This document shows, piece by piece, positions 1-15,245 of a stretch of 64,000 bases of DNA. Each line of letters begins with the position of its first letter. The stretch's first letter is position 1. The translations under genes were made by a program, and so were the position numbers. Source of the stretch: Chrysomallon squamiferum (lineage: Eukaryota; Animalia; Mollusca); the NCBI GenBank assembly GCA_012295275.1, contig CM022673.1, forward strand, positions 9,052,001-9,116,000. The letters are read 5' to 3'. The notes beneath the pieces were generated by a model that was not told the origin of the DNA, ran no database searches, and saw only the letters and a list, made by a program, of their open reading frames with translations.

Positions 1-189
1 TAACATCGACTGTGATACTCATTGTGAATTATCGCTTTCACTTTTTTTTCTTTAGAACCATGCTGGCTGGGTATAATAAAGAAAAATATGCACATAAAGA
101 ACAACACTTTAAAAAATTGTGAGCGCACAGTCTCAATCTTTACTTTGACATCGGTTTTGACGTCATCATCTATTCTTAATTCTTTTCCA

Positions 190-308
190 AAACTGAGGTC
201 GTAACTCAGGACATTATTCGTAAACCGAGACAAATATTGCTCAAAGATCACGGTTCGTAATCGATTTTTGTTCGTGCTTCGAGGCGTTTAGAACCGAAGG
301 TTCCACTG
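190..308. mobile_element. One end of a Tigger/pogo-like non-autonomous DNA transposon (also ~34460-34570 and ~53044-53155)
   Basis: Ends ...TTTAGAACC(C)GAGGTTCCACTG followed by TA, with subterminal GTTCGTA/GTCGTAA repeats. CAGTGGAACCTC is a pogo-type TIR start. The partner TIR was not found. Confidence 0.5.
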
Positions 309-1656
309 TATGTTTAATTGTTCTAAATAATTTAACTAAAATGTTACCCTAAGCTAAAATAAATAGCTAGAAAGAAAAAGAAAGAAAAATATTTTATTTA
401 ACGATGAACACAACGCACTGCCTGGGTTACTCTTTGCTATCACGATCCAGTAGACAGAATAGCACATACCACGTCCTTTGTTATATATTTGGTGGGAAAC
501 GGGTTGGAACGAGAAATAACTCTTCAGCGGACGCTCTTCCACTGAAAATACTTTAATCGCAAAAATTAAACTATATTAAATTGTATAAAACAACTCTGCC
601 TCAAGTAAGAAAACATTAAAATTATCATCATATTCACCATCATCACCATCTTTGTTGTCGTCGTTGTCATCGTCATCACAATTTTCATTATCGGCATAGC
701 AGTTGCAAATTACTAATTAGCTTATTTTATTCTCAGTTTTAGAAAATGTTTATTAGGTAAGTTATTTTTTCAAATTATTTAGCTTTAGTTGTCAAATTTA
801 GACGTAATTTAGTTTAGTTTCCTTTTTCTCTTCCATACATGAATGTCGTTAACAGTCATGTGATGATTCTATTTTGGATCATGAAAATATTGATCTGTGA
901 ACGACACACAGGTATTCAGTTAGTGGTTATCTAGGTAACGGTTGTAGCAGTCATTGTCCATTACAGCTGTCAGAGAACGTGGAGGGGGTGGGGAAAAGAA
1001 AGAAAAAAGTAGATTGATTCGAAATGTATGATAAAAGAGTTTTAAAGTTTTATTCGATGATTCAGTCTTCGCTTGTGAAACAAGCAAAAGTACAATTGAC
1101 AGGCATTCAGCTAAGGAGAATTAGAAGAACCATAGAAAGAAGGAAAGAAATAACTGAATCTCTGTACATGTTCGCGTGTGTACATTTACGTAAAGATGTT
1201 TGTTCACATAATACGTGGTATGAATGTGTGTGTAAGTCTGTATCTATGATTTAAAAAATATTTGGTCATTTTAATTTCGATTCAAATAAAACAGTATTGT
1301 TATTTATTGCATTTGCGGCAACCTTCAAAACGTGCGATGTTTTCATAACGCGACTAATCGTGAAATCGGATAGTCTTAGAAAGGTCACTGAAAGGTCTTA
1401 GAGACATGTTTTAAATCGAGTGTCAGAGGTCAGGTTTTGTTTTTCCTTTTTTTTTTTTTTTTTCAAGATGGAAAAGGGATTGATTCACAGTAATTACAGA
1501 GGCGGTTGTCAGGGCCAGGTACTGCGATTTGCGATTTTAATAGCGAGAAAGAAGATTTCCGACACGTTCTATTTAGCTTGATTTTTTAATACTTCTCGAC
1601 AATTTAATAGTGAGAGACCTTTGGTACTTACCGAGTTACCGTGACGTCATCATTCT

Positions 1657-1687
<31 letters not shown>

Positions 1688-2358
1688 TTAAATTACCTTC
1701 ATGCACGCAAAGCAGTTTGTCTTTAGACGTAATAACAATACCTATATAGTTTGATAGCACACTAATAGACAGATCCATCAACAGCACTGAATACATTATA
1801 ACGGTGTAAAAAGTTTTGATAATTTCTTTACAAAACATCTTTACAAAACTTCTTTACAAATCTTACACTTACGATTGCACTGAATGACGTCTCAAAATGC
1901 TTCAGGTTTCAAAATGACAGAAGATTTATTCGTAAAATGTGACGGTTTTATACTTAATTAATTACTTAATGAACTTAATCGCAACTTACTATTACACTAC
2001 TACTACTATGTATGTTCACGTATATACATGTTTACGAAAGGAAGTGTCTACGTAATTTATGTGTATAAGTGTGTTTATGTATTGCGTATGTTTGTAACTC
2101 TATCAACTTAATACAACAGTTGTCATTTTAATTTCACTTTAAAATCACATTAATATTTCATGCTGAATTAATTGACAAAGATAAATGATCTTTTCAGTTG
2201 AACTGTTACTTCAAGCATTGTTTTCAACCTGTATTGGCGGTAAAGGGACATTAAAAGGGACAGTTAGTGTAATAACTGAAATAACCATTTGTTATGCAAT
2301 ACTTTGTAACAATTTTAATGTTATATCGTTATTAGGATTCGTTTATACATTTCATTTC

Positions 2359-2389
<31 letters not shown>

Positions 2390-3198
2390 AATAGTGAGAA
2401 TGTTTACTAATGTGCTTACATGTTTTGTTTGTTTGCATATACATATACGTACACATACATATACACATTCATACATACATACATACATACATAGATATAT
2501 ATATAGGTGTGTGTGTGTTTGTGTATAGAAATGATGAATACTCTAAGTACATTTCTATACAGTTGCCGTATGTTATGCATAAATAACATCAAAACAAGGA
2601 CTAGAAAAAAAAAAAAAAAAAATAAATTACATTTTGAATGATCTAGAGTTTTTACAACAAAGGGGTCTTGATTTTGTAAACGTTCTCGAGTCACTTCAGA
2701 CACTAGTTCAAACATTTACAAGACTTGAAAATCAGGTGCAACCCTTTTATAGGATATTTATGGTTAGAAACGTTAATAAAGCTTTTTATTTTAAATGCCG
2801 CACATTACATGTTTCTAAGATTGCAATAAATCAAGCATGGGATTATGACCCAACTTACAGATAGGAAAGGAATGCAAGAACGAAGGAATTAAGGAAGGAA
2901 GGAACGAACGAACGAATATCTAATAAGACTGAGCACAAAATTGCATCGGTTATTATAAGGTTATTATAATTATAACTTAGCGATCGAAACATTGAGACTA
3001 CAGAAGCAATTTTTTGTTTTGGTTCTTTCTTTTTTTCTTTTCTTTCTTTCTTTCTTTTCAATATACATCGGGATTAAACAGAACAGTACTTTACTTTGGC
3101 TTTAGATAAATCAGTCAGGAAGCGCTGGAATGAACGGGAAAGAACATCAACAACAACAATAATATTAACTATATAACAATAACAATAATAATAATAAT

Positions 3199-3257
<59 letters not shown>

Positions 3258-4685
3258 GTTATTTGTTGTTGTTGTTGATGTTGTTATTGTCATTTATGCT
3301 TTGGAAACTGTAACAATTCTTCTGCGTTTAATAATTATATTTTGGTCTAAGGAAAATATCATTAACTTGGGCATCACATCACAAAGAGACTGGGTGATTC
3401 ACGTATAGTAATATCAATCCGTATATCAAATAACATGGCGTTTACATAACCTCTGGGAAGGCCACTCGGTTTTCGACAACAACAAAGAAAATTACCCAAG
3501 CTAACAAAGAATGAACAAGACGGTCAAACTGCAAAAGCTTTCTTTCATCTGGTCTTTTGTCAACCTTGACAAAGAGTATCAAGCAATTAATTTGTTTGTT
3601 CTTAATCAGCGATCAAGAATCGATCGATTTGCGGACAAACGTTATAGTATAGTGATACAAGGTTATTTGTTGTTGCAATAAAATACATGGTTGTATATAT
3701 ATATATATATATATCCCATATGACGTATAATGCAACAAAAATAAAAATTCTTCACTTATAAGCGATTATGTATCATAAAATCGATCACGGATAAGTAATA
3801 TATTTTTATTAATTACCTACATGTAACATATGTTTATTTATTACCTATATGTAATACATTTTAATTTAATACGTAGCTTCCTTAATAAAAAATGAAGTGT
3901 TAATCGATTTAAGAAAAGGTTATCCTTCGGACAAAATATAGAGTTCTTTTATACGTGTATAAAATAGATAAATAAGTGATTACTTACTACCTACCTGCCT
4001 ATCATGTTAGCTATCTAATTATGTACGTGTCTGTCTGTCTGATACTGTCTGTCTGTCTATTTGAGCACGGGTTTATCTGTCTAACTATTTGCAATTTCTA
4101 TCTGGTCTTTATTTTTTTTTTATTATTATTTTTTTTTTTTTATCACTTGTTTATCATCATATGCTTCTCTGTTTTATAAGAAGAAAAAAAAATACCCCCC
4201 CAAAAATAATAATAAATAAAAAAAAAAAATTAAAATTAAAAAAAGCAATGGCATATTACACGTATCTTTGTAATATAAAATTTAAAATACTTACGTTAAT
4301 AATGTCTTACAGTCTGCTGTTGCGTTTACTGGTGTTGTTTAAACAGCATTCATGATTTTATGGTTGAAATTTTGTTGCTGTTGCTTTTTTTTTTTTTTGA
4401 ACAAAATGACAGATGTCGAGATATAGAGATATCAATCAAGTGAGGCAAAAGGAATAATTATATTTATAAACATGTATCCAAAATGGACGTATTTGAATTA
4501 CCTAACCTATATATGAAAAAACCCAAGATTTTATATATATATATATATATATAATTCCTGTTTTACATTTTAATATTTGGACAATAAATTCCTCCCAGGT
4601 AATATTTAAAACAACAACAATAACAAAGAGACCAACGGCAATAATTTTAGGATTAACAACAATATAACAAGAAAAACCATACCAA

Positions 4686-4787
<102 letters not shown>

Positions 4788-5403
4788 TATGAAGTGATGT
4801 CTTGAAATCTGTTTATAACGATCCTTTATTTAATTATACATTTACAGTGACTTCGGAATAGAAAGCGATACTTTCTGATGGCGGTGTATCTGGCTATATG
4901 ATCTGTATGTCTATCGCCAGTATGTTGGCGAATGGCGGAGAGCGGATAACATTGTTTGCAATAGGGTTTTTAATTTATGTTGCTCAAATAACTGTCATGC
5001 GATGAAGGGTTGATTACAGCATTTCAGTTGATTACAGAGGTTGTCTGTAGACCAGGGCAGTGAATAGGAGGTTTCGTTTACATTTATAACAATACGGAAT
5101 GGGAGATTTCAACTCTAACGTATTTTAAAAAATATATATATTTTTACAGCATCTTAAAAGATGATTCACAGTTTTACAGACAAAAACATAAAATGTTGCC
5201 ATGATAATGCCCGTAAGGACATTCGGTCTGAAACGTGAAAAAATAGCCTCCAGAGTACACAGAGGTATATCAGTCATAAGTGATATATCTGCCTACATGT
5301 CAGTACTCGGCTATTTTGCTTCAGGCTGATCTGACGTAAGTAACGCGTCGGCTTTTGACTCATACGAATGAAGAGTTTTCTTCTTATTTTGTAAACAGAA
5401 CGA

Positions 5404-5443
<40 letters not shown>

Positions 5444-7342
5444 TTAGTAGCAGTAGCAGTAGTAGTAGTAAAATTAGCGCAGTCTATACACTAGTAAATA
5501 CGGTAATAAGAATTTCATTTCTGCCAGATAGGAAAGGCTTAAGTCTGTAATACTTTTATACTGAGGAAAATCACAGAACGGACAAAGTCATTTCTTCGAA
5601 GTAAAAAAAAAAAGTGTGTGATATGAAGACATTATCACCGTGATAACAATTTTTTTGGAAAAAAATAAAATAAAATGTTATGTCCGTGATATTGTATCTA
5701 CAACGGGTTTATTGTTATTGTACCGCCATCTCTTTTAACTGCAAAATGTCTCCTTTAAATGGTACAAGTTTCAGTCTACTTACACGACTACCAGAAAACC
5801 TGGTTTAGAAGTGCCTTAATTTTTATGTTTTAAATACAGTTTTTAATGTATTAAATACAATTTTTAAGTATTAAATACAATTTCGATCTTTACTTTTTAT
5901 CGTTCATTCTATATTCTAAGTATATAATAATATCAAGCCTTGGTCCAAAAAAAAGAAAAGGAAAAACCATTCGGTCCCTAGCTTGCCAAATAAACGGTGT
6001 AATATACGCATCTTTATTATCTGTGGTTGTACCAGTTCAGTTACGTTTATGAACCATTTTCTTAAATACACTGGAAGGTTAGATTCATTTTCGCATGTAA
6101 CATTACCACTTAAACATATTTTGAAATATCCTTAAAAAAAAAAAAAAAAAAAAATGTTTCTTTATTCATGCCGGGTCAGCTGTAGTCATCAAATAATTAT
6201 ATACAGTAGAACAATAGAAAGTATACTTTCTTTTCTCCAATCTAAAATTACGTATAGGAGACAGGTTTTTGTTACATATTTTCATTCTCTCCTTTTCTTT
6301 TTCTTTCCGTTTTTTTTTTTTTTTTTTAATTGTTTTTGAACATGCTTTAAGACCTTTTGTAATTATTATTTTTTTTTTTAACTGTGAAACTTAAAACTAT
6401 ATATATATACACGCGTATATGTATCTACACACACACACACACACAGACAGAGACATATATATATATATAAAGGTTATATTTATATTCGCCGCAGATTCCG
6501 CTACAAAGGCAAAGAGTTGAGATTAGCTCACTGTACACTACTGACGTACTGACTACGTACAGGAATTTCAAGTAATCCCAAACCAACAGTAACATAAGAA
6601 ACATGTGTTCCAGGACACAGTGACCCCCAGCTGAGCGAAACTTAAGAAAGAAAGAAACAAACAACAAACAAAAAAACTCACCCATTCGTCATGCATAACT
6701 GTAAATAACAATGTCTTACTTGCTGCACAAATATAATTTTTATAAAGTCAAAGTAACCATCGACCAACAATAATATGAAGAAACCTGTACAGAATTACAC
6801 ATTAAACATTATAGAAAAATAATTTAAACAAAAAAATCAATAAGAAAAAAATCAAAAAAAATCTGCATGCATCAAAAATCTGCAATGAATTGCTGTAAAC
6901 GCTAAAATGAATAAGGCATGGGCGTAACAGTTTTCTTGAAAAGATGTCAGCTGAAAAGAAACGACACATTTTTGAAAGGTAAATCAATTTTAAAAAATCA
7001 TAAACCATCAAACAGGATAAACGAGACACAATATACAAATACGAAATTAATAACAAAAATAAAAAAAATATTTTGTTTACAGTGTCGTGCATAAATGTAT
7101 ACAGCAATGATTCGACAAGTTTATGAATAGTAAAAAGAAAGGAAACTGGGTACATAACATTTTTGTATGGTATGAATATGGGTATGATTCTGTGCGCGTG
7201 ATCGCATAAGTGCATGTATGTATGTATGTATGTATGTGTATGACTGCTTAGGTAACTAGAGGGGAAACACAGCATCTTTCGGTCAGCAGCAAGGAATGTC
7301 TTATAGATGCCCATTGAAGTCTTGTTCTGCTTGTCCAACTTT

Positions 7343-7344
<2 letters not shown>

Positions 7345-7426
<82 letters not shown>
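7345..7426. repeat. (CT)n microsatellite
   Basis: Directly visible; copy at ~41691-41771. Confidence 0.95.
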
Positions 7427-7429
<3 letters not shown>

Positions 7430-8064
7430 TGTTTTGACCATCTGTCCTTTTTGTGATTTCTCTAATTATCTCTTTCTTTCTTTAATAATTTCAAGGACGG
7501 GGATGTTTACATCTCAGTATTCAATAAATAGATATATATTAGTAAAAGGATTGGCAACACGTCTTTTTCGTTTCTTTTTTGAAGGATCATGACAGATACG
7601 ACGTTTCTGCATGCACAGGTTTAGACAATCGATCAAATACGTACATACATCCAAATGGTGCGGTACAGACAGGTGTTTTTCTGTCGATTTTTATTTTATT
7701 TTCATTTACTTACAAAACGAAATTAATGTGAGGCTGAATTGCAAATTCGAATAACCATGAAAACATTTTGCTAAAATTATGGGTCTAACTGCAAGCGGAA
7801 TGAACATCTGTTCATGGAAGATAGAATACAAACGCAAGCGTATGTTGTTTTACAGTGACGTTGAGCGTCCATTTATTTTTTCGTTTTAAAATGTTTCTGT
7901 TTTGTGGGGTTTTTAATGCAACAAATCACACGTCTGTGTTTGTTTATTTGTTTTTTTATATTTTAAAAGAATGGGGGGAAAAAAAAAAAAAAATCGGAAG
8001 ATAAGAATTACAAAATTTTGACGTTGTTTTATTTTAATTTATTACTGTTGTTGTTGTTTTGTTG

Positions 8065-8123
<59 letters not shown>

Positions 8124-8195
8124 TATTATTTATAACCATTACGATATTATTATTCCACCAAAGTTTCCCACCAGGAGTGTGAAAAAAAACATGCA

Positions 8196-8320
8196 CAGTT
8201 GAACCTGTCTTTAGCGGCCACCGAGATGAGCGGCCATGTTTCCGAGACCCGACTGTTTTTCAGTGGATATGTCCCTCAGTTCAGCGGACACTTACTGAAA
8301 GCGGACAGTCCTACCGATCT
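8196..8320 (+). mobile_element. Left end of a Tc1/mariner-pogo-like MITE (copy at ~42536-42660)
   Basis: CAGTTGAACCTGTCTTTAGCGGCCACC followed by repeated AGCGGCCA/AGCGGACA subterminal motifs. No matching right TIR seen. Confidence 0.4.
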
Positions 8321-10632
8321 GGACTTGATTTGTCCAAAATACATAATTATATTACCGTACGACAGCTTAATACGACGCAGAATATGTTTGTTTTTTGTTG
8401 AATCACAAAAGTCCGCGGACTTCAATCGCCAAACGCTTGCTCGCTAAGACGTGCGAATTCAACACCTTTTGTACATAATTTTGATAAATCATTCGTTCAG
8501 TATCATTCAAATAATTTATGTTTTACAAACACGGCGTCTTGCGGCTGACCCAAATCAAGAACTCTCTTTCAGAGTTTCAGAGGCAATATTTGCTTATTAT
8601 TAGTTTTACATGTCTTAATTAGATTCATCAATGAACTCGAACTGTTTGCGAGTGTGTTTTAGGAACATTTGGGTACTGGGCATGGTGCATGCAAATACAG
8701 ATTGCGAATAAGTTTTAAAATTGTCTGTACATTTTTGTTCCTCTTTACCACTGTATTTACACTCATGAGATTCAATTAAAGATGTAGATAGTTTTAATGG
8801 ACAAAAATGTAAGAGTGCGATTTGCAGGTTAAATAAACTATCATATCGGAAGATGTCAGAAAAATCTAATAATTTTAAACCGTCCAGCTTTCCGAAATAT
8901 CCGTTAAATTACATACATATGAATAGAAATCCTGTCATCATATTGTTTTATTCCCAAACCACTTTTAAGTACTTTTTAATAGGCTACTTTATATTTTTCG
9001 AACAAAGAAGTTAGAAAGAAAAAACAACAAAAACAAACATACAAAAAAAGAGAAAGTATCAAGAAAGTTAAACGTTGAATCACTAGTGTAAAAATAGATG
9101 TTTAAGCTCAGCGGGCACTGCCTTGACACGTATTTGGATGTACATTTTTGTTTTGCTTGTTTGTTTTTTCGTTGATAATGTTTTATTTTTTTTATTTATT
9201 ATTATTTTTTTTGATACTATTAATAACAACTGCCATTATTATTATTGTTGTTGTTGACATTATTATTATTATTATTTTTTTTTGTATTATTATTATTATT
9301 AGTAGTAGTAGTAGTAGTAGTAGTATTACTGTACTTTTTAACATATCCATGTATCTTAACACTATACTAGTTGTTTCAACATGATTAGTTACGTTATCTA
9401 GCTAATAAATTTCACTGAGAAACATTTCAAAATAATAATATAATCATTTGGCAAATTCTTAGTTCTTGCCATGAAAATTTCCATTAATAATTACAGGCTT
9501 TCTTTTCATTGTTTTCATTTCCACAATTTGAAATATTTCATTAAAAATGAGCACGCATACACGCACGCAAAAAAAACAAATCAATTTAATGCAGTTGGTA
9601 ACTTATTCCATTATAAAGAATTAAAACTAATTAAACCTGTTCATTACAATAATTAAGTTGGGTTTTTTTTGTGGTCCAAATCACCGTCTCAAAATGAATT
9701 AGTTAATTAAGTACCGTTTAAAGGAAATAGTAAATCTTCTTCTTTCATATTAAGAATAGACCAAAACGGAATGTATGATAATATATTATAAAACAAAACA
9801 AAACAACAAAAAAAAAAGAAGAAGAAGAAGAAAGTAATTAAATAAAATATTTGTTTTTCCCTTGGTTTTTGACATAGAGGAATTTTAAAATTTAAAAATT
9901 TAAAAATTTTGTTATTTCTCATTTTTATTGTTTTATTAAAAGTTATTGAATACAGATGGTTTTCATTACTTATTTAATACAAGTATTCTTAAAATAATAA
10001 TAATAATAATAGTAGTAGTAGTAGTAATAATAACAATAATAATAATGATAATGATGATGATGGTGATGATGATGATAATAATAATAATAATAATAATAAT
10101 AACGATGGTGATGATGATGATGATTATGAAGATGATGGTAATAATGATAATGATGATAATGAGATTATCTTAAAATTAATGGGAGATTGAATCAAATATG
10201 TCCAGTTAAAAATTCGATACGTTTTTTCCATTTCCAAAAACAACAAAATGCCATTTAATTAGCATAAACAAGTAATTTGTCTAGTAATTTTCAGATTTCA
10301 AAATACAGGAAAATAAGTAGAAAACTTACATAAAATTTTCCAAAAATTAAATCTACGTTGCGGGACACAGTAATAATCATATATTAGCTTCTTTCCATTC
10401 ATTAAATCCTTTATTATAAATCTTGCTGAGGGTGCAGTCCAAAAAATTTAAAAAATTTAAATAATAGAAAAGTAAGCTGATATTGAACAATAGAACAGAT
10501 AATGTAGATGGGGTTCACGTCACTGTGCCCGCCCCTGTTGTTATATATTACTGAAGCAAATGATAAAACAGTGGAGGATTACACAACAAAATGGGAGATG
10601 GAATCAGCATATTCTGTTGCAGATCCTATCTA

Positions 10633-10748
10633 TCTTAATCCTATCTATGATTTCAACAAAGATTTCAACAAAGGCCTCCTATTGTCTCTTAATCCTATCT
10701 ATGATTTCAACAAAGATTTCCAGAAAGGCCTCCTACTGTCTCTTAATC
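10633..10748. repeat. 54-bp tandem duplication (about 2.1 units)
   Basis: TCTTAATC(CTATCTATGATTTCAACAAAGATTTC...) starts at 10633, 10687 and 10741. Confidence 0.9.
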
Positions 10749-10900
10749 ATAATTACGAATTTAAAAATTTTGGGATGACTGCTGCTCATCGTCTTCAGTT
10801 TTGAATGCCATCCCTCAAAGTGATTGGTAGTTGTGGCACCATTTGTTTCGAAAGGGTTCCAGACGGATCTGCCTTGAGATTCAATCCACAGTTCGCGGTG
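10733..10900 (-). pseudogene. Mutator/MULE-like transposase C-terminal remnant
   Basis: Peptide WIESQGRSVWNPFETNGATTTNHFEGWHSKLKTMSSSHPKIFKF fits the MULE W..W...RTNN.xEGWH.xL....HPNIF motif around the catalytic Glu. Confidence 0.7.
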
Positions 10901-11635
10901 AAAATTATGCTTGTCATAATATTTATGCCGAAAAAGCGAGTCCCTGTAAATCAACATTAATAATACGGACGCGTTTATTTCGGTTTGGTTTATGTGTCAC
11001 GCGCTACTAAAAACAAAGTGAAGTTTAGCATTGTAATAAAGTTATAAAAATATAACTAGAGCACACATTCATCATAGTCAAGACAGTTAATTATTTTCTA
11101 ACAGCCATGCAAACTGTCAGACACCTGTAATGGCCGCAGAGTCTTTGGTCATCAAGTAATATAAGTATTAAGCAAAATTAACTTTTATATTTCCCGGACT
11201 GACACCTTTAAAATATTATCAATATATATATATATATATGTTGTTTGTTGTTTGCTGCTGTTGTTATTATTATAATTTTTCTTATTTTTTTTCTTAAATT
11301 ATGTTTCTATAATGAGGACTAAACAGTTAGGATAAAAGAAAAAAAAAAAAAAAAAAACGGTAAATAAAAGTCCGCATATTTCGCCTCGAAAAGTACTTGC
11401 AGCATTTAACTGTCAGGAAAAAAAAAAAAAAAAAAAAAAAAAAACAACAACAGAAAGTAAAAATTTAAAAAAAAAAAAAACCCATAGAAGCGCCGTGTTA
11501 CGTTTTGACATATGACCGCAAACTTTCCCGTTTTTAACATTGTAAAGTACTGTCCTTAACGTGCGCTTGACACATTCTTTCTCAGGTAAAGAATATCACT
11601 CGGAGGAACGACACGACATTTCACGACGTGTAGAT

Positions 11636-11652
11636 ATAGATAGATAGATAGC

Positions 11653-11704
<52 letters not shown>

Positions 11705-11724
11705 TAGATAGATAGATAGATAGA
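11636..11724. repeat. (GATA)n/(GACA)n microsatellite
   Basis: Directly visible; inverted copy at ~51181-51285. Confidence 0.9.
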
Positions 11725-11949
11725 GAAAGACGAGTTAACAGTATATTGCTAATCAATACGGACCTAGCACAAGTTATTGATTAGAAAGACGCGCACACTT
11801 TTATTCTCCCACATGTTCATACACAAGTGTATGCGCAATACCTGAAAAATGAAACAGTCCGTCAGGTGACACATAGCACGTTTCGTTTATAGAATGAGAT
11901 TTCAGGTGCAGCAAATGGAAATCTTAATTAACCACACAGACACAAAAAA

Positions 11950-11988
<39 letters not shown>

Positions 11989-12003
11989 AATAAAATAAAA
12001 TAA

Positions 12004-12054
<51 letters not shown>

Positions 12055-12074
12055 TATACTACTACTACTACTAC

Positions 12075-12118
<44 letters not shown>

Positions 12119-14177
12119 TAAGTCTTTCATTGTGTTAATGGTTTAATAAATAACGATACCGACTTTTTGATATTTGACAGAAAAAAACAACAAAAAAAAA
12201 CTGCATCTTACTGTTTTATTTATTTGTTAGAAATTCTTTCCGATCTCTCTATTTATTTATTTATTTTTTCAACGAAAGATGTACAAAATAAATCTGCCCG
12301 CAGGGTCTAGGTTTGATTCTGCTGTATATTAATATAAAAAAAAAAAATAATAATAATCTGTTCTTTCGCTTACCTGAAATTCGCTGGAGAAGATGAAGTC
12401 TGCTTTCGGCTCTATTCGATCAGTTCGTACCGAGGCAATTCCCAACAACGCTCACTCCCACATGCACAAAAAATAAATAAATAAATAAATAATACTTTTT
12501 ATACTGGTATTTATATTCGTGCTTTTTGTTAACCCATGATATTTAATCACTATAAGCAGAGTCCACCCGTTGCGTAGATGATGCTATTAAAACTAAAAAA
12601 TTTAATAGCTGAAATCTTCTTTCACATGCTTTTATAAATATGTACATAAATCATCCCATCCCCATAGCTACATAACATTATATTTTGTTTATATATAAAG
12701 TTTTGCATCGAAATGGGAAACTCTTTCAGGTTTTAAAATAATATTAATGGCAGCTGATTATAACAGAGTAACAGAGACACAGTATGAGGCGGGAAGCATT
12801 TGTATTAAAACATAACTTTTATGTAAATAAAAAGAATGAAGAGAGAAAACACTGGAAATGTACGGACGCCTGAATAGGACCATGGAAAAGAATTATGAAA
12901 ATAATTAATGTGTTACTGAAGTGTGAATAAAATTATTATGCTATCTTTAAATTGGACAATTTAACATAGACACATTAACCGTCGACTGAAGAGATTTACA
13001 TCAGTGTGGTTAAAGTTTAGGTTGCAGCCGATATTATTGCATATAGTTTTGTTTTTAGAAAAAAAGTATTTTATTTGATTTATTTGTAATATCCACAACA
13101 TTACCAGAAAACGAATTCTCACTGCTAATCAGTTCGTTGTTAACTTTTTACTTCATACACAGTCAGCCAGGAAAATGGATATTTAACGAGTATCGGGACG
13201 TAGATAGATAGTAATTAGCACACATCAACCTGTCTTGTGACGCAGAATTCATTTACGGACCATTTATGCAAGTTTATCTAATTTACGGGCCATAACCCGG
13301 TAACGAGCGCCTTTGGCAACCACTGGAATTTCACCCCTTTCCAAACACACGCAGCTTACATTTCAGGTAACGTCAACACAAAAACTGGCCAGTAGCGCCC
13401 CCTTACTTTCAAGTGCCTCCCAGGGCTCGTGTCACATCGTATATGCATTGATATCTATTAATCACATTTAATGTTTACAATCATAAGTGTTAAACCTTTG
13501 TTTAATGCTGGTTATGTGATAAGTGACATAATGTAAAGTGAAAAGGCCTGTTAAGATTTTCTTCTCAGTTTCTAAGCTATTGATACGATCACCACAACGA
13601 GTCGACGTCTGTATAATTAATTCGGTAATCTACACAGTGCATAATATAGACCTGGATGATTCTTTATCCATAATTGTTATACCAATTATCCGGCATCCGG
13701 AAATCCGGAAAGACCAGAAAACCGGACGTTTTTTTCTACGACGCTATTTTCATAGTTCGCGCGCGCGGATATTGTCGTCACCATACCGGAACTACTCTTT
13801 CAAGCCGCGTGGCATTCATTCACTCGCAATTTGCACACGACTGTTTTAAGGTAACGTTTATTTCATCGATGACTGTAAACATGAACATCTATATATATAT
13901 GTGTGTATATATATATATATAACAAAATATTTTCTTTGGAAGATATACAGCATGACATTTTTCTTCTATTCAGACATGACAAAAGATGTCTGAACCTTCC
14001 TGTTACTATTTTATAACTTGACAATATTCAAACCGAAAACAAATGGTGTCGATATTAATGCGCAAGTATGTTGTCGTCAGATCAAGTCTGTCGGTTATTA
14101 CGGTCACTGTAATTGGCGGGAAAACATTGTTTTGAGACTTTACTCATTTATCTTATAAAAAAATTAAAAAAAAAAAT

Positions 14178-14428
14178 TAAAGAAAAACCCAAGAAAAACA
14201 TCAACGAAAAAAAAAAAAAAACAAGAAGAAAAACACCAAATCCCCTAAAAAAAACATACACACACATACACACACACACACACACAAAAAAAACCCCACA
14301 CAATAATATTAGATATTCTTTGCTGTTAACAGATGATTTTATTTATTTATTTATTTATTTGTTTTGTTTTGTTTTGTTGTTTTTTTTTTGATGTTTTTTT
14401 CATTTTATTTTATCTTAATTTTTATTTA
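14178..14428 (+). repeat. Dispersed ~250-bp duplication (partner ~16450-16688)
   Basis: Shared AAAGAAAAACCCAAGAAAAACATCAACG...CACCAAATCCCCT...CTTTGCTGTTAACAGATGATTTT. Both copies also occur in the inverted unit. Confidence 0.9.
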
Positions 14429-14588
14429 TACTTTAAGAAAAAATAAATTCAGAAATAATAGAAACAGTAACCAACCCCAAAATAACAAAAAATGAATAAA
14501 TAACAAATAAAAAACTAATTGACTAAGTAAATAAATAAACAAGCAAACAAATTAACAAACAAAAAAAAAAAAAATAAATAAAAAAAAA

Positions 14589-14647
<59 letters not shown>

Positions 14648-14949
14648 AAATGTGGAAGAAACTGTTATATAAAATAAAAAAATAATTCATCCCCAAAAAG
14701 AATTGTTTTAATTTTTATTATTTTTATTCTTGTATTTATTTTTAATAGTCAAACGGCAATAAATCCTTTCCAGACCTAAAAGGAATTTTTTTTTGAAATG
14801 TTTTGTTTAATTTGTGCAAATTCTACAAAACATTTACAATAACTATAATATGGGAGATAATCTTTACCTAAGAGAATGTTTTAGAACGTTTCTCAGATCT
14901 AATGGATTAATACTGAACATAGAGGATATATAAAGGAAAATGTGTTATG

Positions 14950-15245
14950 TATAACGCTAATTCAAATTATGTTTTCATCATCGGCTATTGAAAGTCGAAT
15001 CATTTCGAAAATAATTACAGACTCTAGAAAAAAATCCATTCAAAGTTATTACCATTAGCAGTAAAGAAATTTTCTTTAAATGCACATCTATTAAACAGAG
15101 AAACATATGATTATTTCATGATGTCGGGAAAATCAACGAAACCTGATACGGTTGACTGGGCACGCTGTCGAATATAGATCCCGCAGCCCTCCAGTCTTCA
15201 TTCGAGTGTGCTGTAACTGAAGAATATTGTCGACTGCTGCTAAAT
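14950..15245 (-). mobile_element. Possible degraded tRNA-derived SINE
   Basis: The minus strand contains GTGCATTTAAAG...CTGCTAATGG and CAATAGCCGATGAT blocks resembling gastropod SINE bodies as I recall them. A/B boxes are not intact. Confidence 0.3.

Noticed and set aside
926-939. RFX X-box-like GTTATCTAGGTAAC
   Set aside because: A single short motif, plausible by chance, with no linked transcription start.
6802-7338. 178-aa ORF
   Set aside because: No domain, includes repeats, and is broken in the duplicate copy.
10633-10748. CRISPR-like or coding repeat
   Set aside because: Simple tandem duplication without unique spacers; eukaryotic context, no cas genes.
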